A DNA stretch of 64,000 nt from Monocercomonoides exilis PA203 (lineage: Eukaryota > Protista > Preaxostyla), in contig LSRY02000018.1 in the NCBI GenBank assembly GCA_001643675.2, positions 186,001 through 250,000 on the forward strand, read 5' to 3'. The position numbers were made by a program, and so were the translations under genes. Below the pieces are notes generated by a model. That model did not search any database and was not told the DNA's origin. It saw only the letters and a list, made by a program, of their open reading frames with translations. Of the stretch, positions 60,077 through 64,000 are shown in pieces (the stretch's first letter is position 1; the number at the start of each line of letters is the position of its first letter).

Positions 60077-61940
60077 ATGTCAACTCAAATACCAGGCCAA
60101 CATAAAGGAGACCATGGTATATTTTTATGATTTGTTCATCATTTAATTAATGCTTTTATTAAAGTGACAAAGATGGAGGGCCCAACAGGCTATCACTCCT
60201 ATTCTGAAGAGGAGAAAACTGCCTTTGTTGAGTTTATCAACATGCATCTTTCTGGAGATCCTGATCTTGAGGGAGTTGTGCCCATTGATTCATCAGGTGA
60301 TGATATTTTTAAAAAGGTGCACGATGGTATTCTCCTCTCGAAAATGATCAATGTTGCAAAGGAAGGAGCACTTGGTTTGGCTAACACAATTTTTTCAGCA
60401 ATTAATAAACCATTTAATGAAACAAATTTGCTTTGACTAGATGAACGTGCACTGACAAAAAAGAAGTTAAACATCTACAACATTCAAGCAAATCAATGCC
60501 TTTGCATTAACTCTGCTAAGGCTATTGGTGTGCTGCTTCTTTTTGTTTCATTTTTAACTGTTCTAATTTCAATGTATTCTTTCAGGTTGTAGCGTTGTTA
60601 ACATTGGAGCTCAAGATATTATTGAAGGAAGACCAATGCTTGTATTTGCTCTTATGTGGCAGATTATCAGAGTTTGAAACTGAAAGCAATTAAACAGAGA
60701 GAAGTCTTATAATTTTGCATTTGCTTTGTTTGCACTTTTTTTTTAACAGATCAAATTGACAAGCAAAATCAATCTGAAGGATCATCCTGAACTGTATCGT
60801 TTGTTGGAAGATGGTGAAACAATCGAAGACTTTTTGAAAATGCCACCTGAGCACATCTTGCTGAGATGGTTCAACTATCATTTGAAAGCAGCCAACCACT
60901 CTCGTCGCGTGACAAATTTCACAACAGATGTGCAGGATGGAGAAAACTACATCGTCCTTCTTCATCAAATTGCCCCAACACACTGCGACCTCTCAGGATT
61001 AGAAGACACAGACCCACTTAAGCGAGGTGAGTTTATTCTGTCCGGAGCTGAGAAGCTTGGTGTGAAGAGGTTTATTAAGCCAGCTGACATTGCATCAGGA
61101 AACAACAAACTGAACATGTCGTTCACCGCACAGCTGTTCAACATGTGGCCTGCACTTGCACCACTGGAGACGATGGATGACAAATTGAAGATTCTGATTG
61201 AAGAAGACGATTCGGCTGAAAACAGAGAAGAGAGATCGTTCAGAAACTGGATGAACAATGTTGGAATTGAGACGTATGTGAACAACCTGTTCACTGATCT
61301 GAAAGACGGATATGTTCTGCTCCAGCTTCTGGACAAGTTGCAACCAGGAAGCGTTGCATGGTCTAAAGTCAACAAGCCACCAGTCAAGATTGTGTTCAAG
61401 ATGAACGAGAACACAAAATATGCAATTTTGCTTGCAACAGCACAGGGTTGCTCGCTTGTGGGCATTGGAGGTGCTGATATCTCAAGAGGACATCGTCAGT
61501 TCACATTGGCCATCACATGGCAGCTGAGAAGAATGTATATGATGTCATATCTGCAGGAGCTTGCAAAGAAACAAGGAAAGCCTGCATACACAGAACAGAG
61601 TATTCTTGCAGAAGCGAACGAGAAAGTGCAAAAAGCAGGAAAGACATCAATGATCACTGGATACAACGACCCATCCATCAAAACATCCCGCTTCCTTTGG
61701 GATCTTATTGGCACGATTGAGCCACGCGCTATTGACGAAGAATTGTACCGCACAGGAGGCGAAGGAGAAGAAGAGAAGAAAGACAATGAAATGAATGCCA
61801 AATATGCTATTGCTGCTGCACGCAAGATCGGATGCTCCATCTTCTGCTTGTGGGAAGATATTGTTGAAGTGAACCCGAAGATGATTCTGACGATGGTTGG
61901 TTCAATTATTGCTGAAGGGCACAAGGTGACCGAAGAGTAG
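60077..61940 (+). CDS. fimbrin: Fimbrin/plastin (4 CH domains), 5 exons
   Basis: [33 protein letters not shown]|[68 protein letters not shown]; GT-AG introns including 60117-60164. Confidence 0.93.
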
Positions 61941-62605
61941 AAAATAGAATGAGTTAAAAGTTGTGTTTTTGAAAATGTTATGTTTTGTAGTTTGCTTCCA
62001 TTGTTTATGCTGTTTTGGCATTTGTAATCTCTTTATTTAATTAATGCCTCTTTTTTAATTTTTTTTTAAATGTTATGTTAAATTTTATTTCGTGACACAT
62101 TGAACCTAGGCGCTTCAATAGTTTTTATTTTTTCATAAAACACCCAACTTTTTTAGATGTAAATATTGGAGAATTATTATGAATTATGAAAATATTTTTT
62201 AAAAAGGAAAAAATTTGAAAAACAAAAGAGAAGAAGAAGAAAAATAACGATAAGATTTTCAAGGAAAGAAATTCGTTTTCCCTCATTTCTTAACCTCTCT
62301 AAAAGAAAGATGAAATAGATCTTATGATGGGATATTCTTCGAATAAAAATTTTCTCTTCCATTTTTAACTTCATGTTTAAAAATGAATTAAAAGAAAATA
62401 CATTGCCTAGTTCTTTTATGAGTTTGCATGTGCTCTTTGTTTCAGAAATCTTGTTGAAATCGTTCTATTTCTATGATATTTTTATAACATAAAAATATTA
62501 CACTCCAACTTAATTGTTTCTAACATTGATGAATTTAAACTGTTCATAGTTAGCTCTCAATCCAAACAGGATTTTTTTACAGAATCAATCAAAACTCTTC
62601 TCAAA

Positions 62606-63484
62606 ATGATTAACAGCACAAACGGAAGAAACAAGGAATTGGAAAAGCAAAGCATTTTTGAACGAATTTCAAACGAACATCATCCAGAATCCTTTGAACA
62701 TCCAACATCACCAAATGAAAAAACATTGTTATTACTGCTCGAGAAAACCACTGATGCTTTGATGAGAGAAAAGCAGAAAAATTTGCAATTGCGCATAAAA
62801 ATCGCAGAACTTCAGAGAGAAAATTCATTGCTTAAGCAATTAAAGGAATCACAAAAATATGGAGATGCTTCAAGCGAAGCATGCATGGATGTTCATTTTC
62901 ATGAAACTACCAATCAACAATTGAACAATGTTTCATCACAAAGATTTCAATTCAAATCTTCGTCTTCAACAGAACAATGTGATCAAACTAAGATGGCTAT
63001 TTCCAGCCAACCATATGTTCATTCACCTCATCTACCTCAAAAAGCATCTTCAAAGTTTGAGTTTCATACAAATCCTGATCCTCTTCATACCCCTCCTTTA
63101 CCAATTAGCTCATTGAAAAATGAACTGAAACAAAAAACTTTTTCCCACATTAAAGCAAGCAATCCTCTTTCATCTCCAATGTCTCCCGATATACGAAAAT
63201 ACGAAAGTTCATTTCTTCGTTCACCAAAAACTTCAACATTTCATTCTCCATTAAGATCGTCCACTTCTGAAATAAGTTCAACTTCAATACAATCAAGACA
63301 TATCCATCCTTCAGTTGACTCTCCTTCTTCAATTTTGTCATCTTCACGCAAAAGTTCAATTGAAGAAAGCCCTTTCGCAACAAAAATTTCACAAAATGAA
63401 AGAAGGAAAGCACTAAAAAATGAAAGTGAAAGACTTTCGGAATATTTTGAAGAGCTAAAAGCTCACTTTCTCGATGAGACATAA
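62606..63484 (+). CDS. Hypothetical 292-aa protein, N-terminal coiled coil and Ser/Pro-rich remainder
   Basis: Intact ATG-TAA ORF flanked by AT-rich intergenic DNA. Confidence 0.65.
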   Translation: MINSTNGRNKELEKQSIFERISNEHHPESFEHPTSPNEKTLLLLLEKTTDALMREKQKNLQLRIKIAELQRENSLLKQLKESQKYGDASSEACMDVHFHETTNQQLNNVSSQRFQFKSSSSTEQCDQTKMAISSQPYVHSPHLPQKASSKFEFHTNPDPLHTPPLPISSLKNELKQKTFSHIKASNPLSSPMSPDIRKYESSFLRSPKTSTFHSPLRSSTSEISSTSIQSRHIHPSVDSPSSILSSSRKSSIEESPFATKISQNERRKALKNESERLSEYFEELKAHFLDET

Positions 63485-63654
63485 ATTAATTTATTGTTTT
63501 TGTATTTTTTATGTGCAATTAAATGCATATTACTGTGTATATTTAGTGGATTTTATTCAAAAATTTTTAAAGAAAAGATCATTTGCTTTATAATATATAT
63601 TTTGTTTGGATTGAAATCTTAAAATAATATTGTTTCAAAGGAGGATATCACCAT

Positions 63655-64000
63655 ATGAGTGCCTCCTATTCTCAAGGTATTTGTAATATTTTTTCATATC
63701 AAAAACCGATAAAAAATTCCTGTAAATATTATTTCAGATTCTGAAAGTCGTTTGCAACAAAAAGGAATTGCTTCTTCTCCAGATCACATAATGGAAATAT
63801 CTCCACCTTTATTCATCCGCCAAAATTCAAAGGTAGCATCAAGAACCAATTCTAAACCTTCAAATAGAACGATACCACAAGAAACGCCTCAATCTTCGAT
63901 TCTTTCAACTCCACATAATAGCGGAGTAGTAAACCACAAATTGAGAGAAGCAAATGATTCAAGATATGCATTGTCATTAAACAAGTCGAAATTGGAAGAA
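63655..64000 (+). CDS. Start of a hypothetical gene running off the window
   Basis: ATG at 63655, phase-1 GT-AG intron 63677-63737, open frame DSESRLQQKG... Confidence 0.55.

Noticed and set aside
29849-61940. Possible TAA/TAG-to-Gln reassignment as in some oxymonads and diplomonads
   Set aside because: Conserved genes end at TAA (eIF4A-like, AMPK gamma) or TAG (fimbrin), and a 2.7k-codon ORF has no internal TAR

Overview
Eukaryotic, AT-rich, intron-containing DNA with low-complexity GA-rich coding regions and the standard genetic code. The gene style, notably a giant beta-helix receptor with a degenerate kinase, suggests an oxymonad such as Monocercomonoides (inference). The dominant structure is a ~22.4-kb palindrome (about 4452-26840) with ~9-kb arms and a 105-bp unique spacer (17767-17871). 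It carries two head-to-head copies of a ~2050-aa S41-peptidase-like membrane protein gene. A 4.33-kb DIRS1-type tyrosine-recombinase retroelement (5455-9787, minus strand) sits in the left arm only. Its ITRs and internal complementary region (ICR, 6121-6217) are almost perfect, but its RNase H/YR coding sequence is badly decayed and no RT core is recognisable. The right arm preserves the empty site, which shares the 5-bp core AATTG with the predicted circle junction. Other features: a Merlin/ISXO2-like transposase pseudogene, a ~2720-aa receptor pseudokinase, an eIF4A-like helicase with mutated motifs, ~250-bp MITE-like units, an intron-bearing Sola-like transposase, an AMPK gamma subunit with a ~430-aa Ser-rich insert head-to-head with an EF-hand-less fimbrin, and several hypothetical genes. 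All family assignments come from motif recognition by eye, not database searches.
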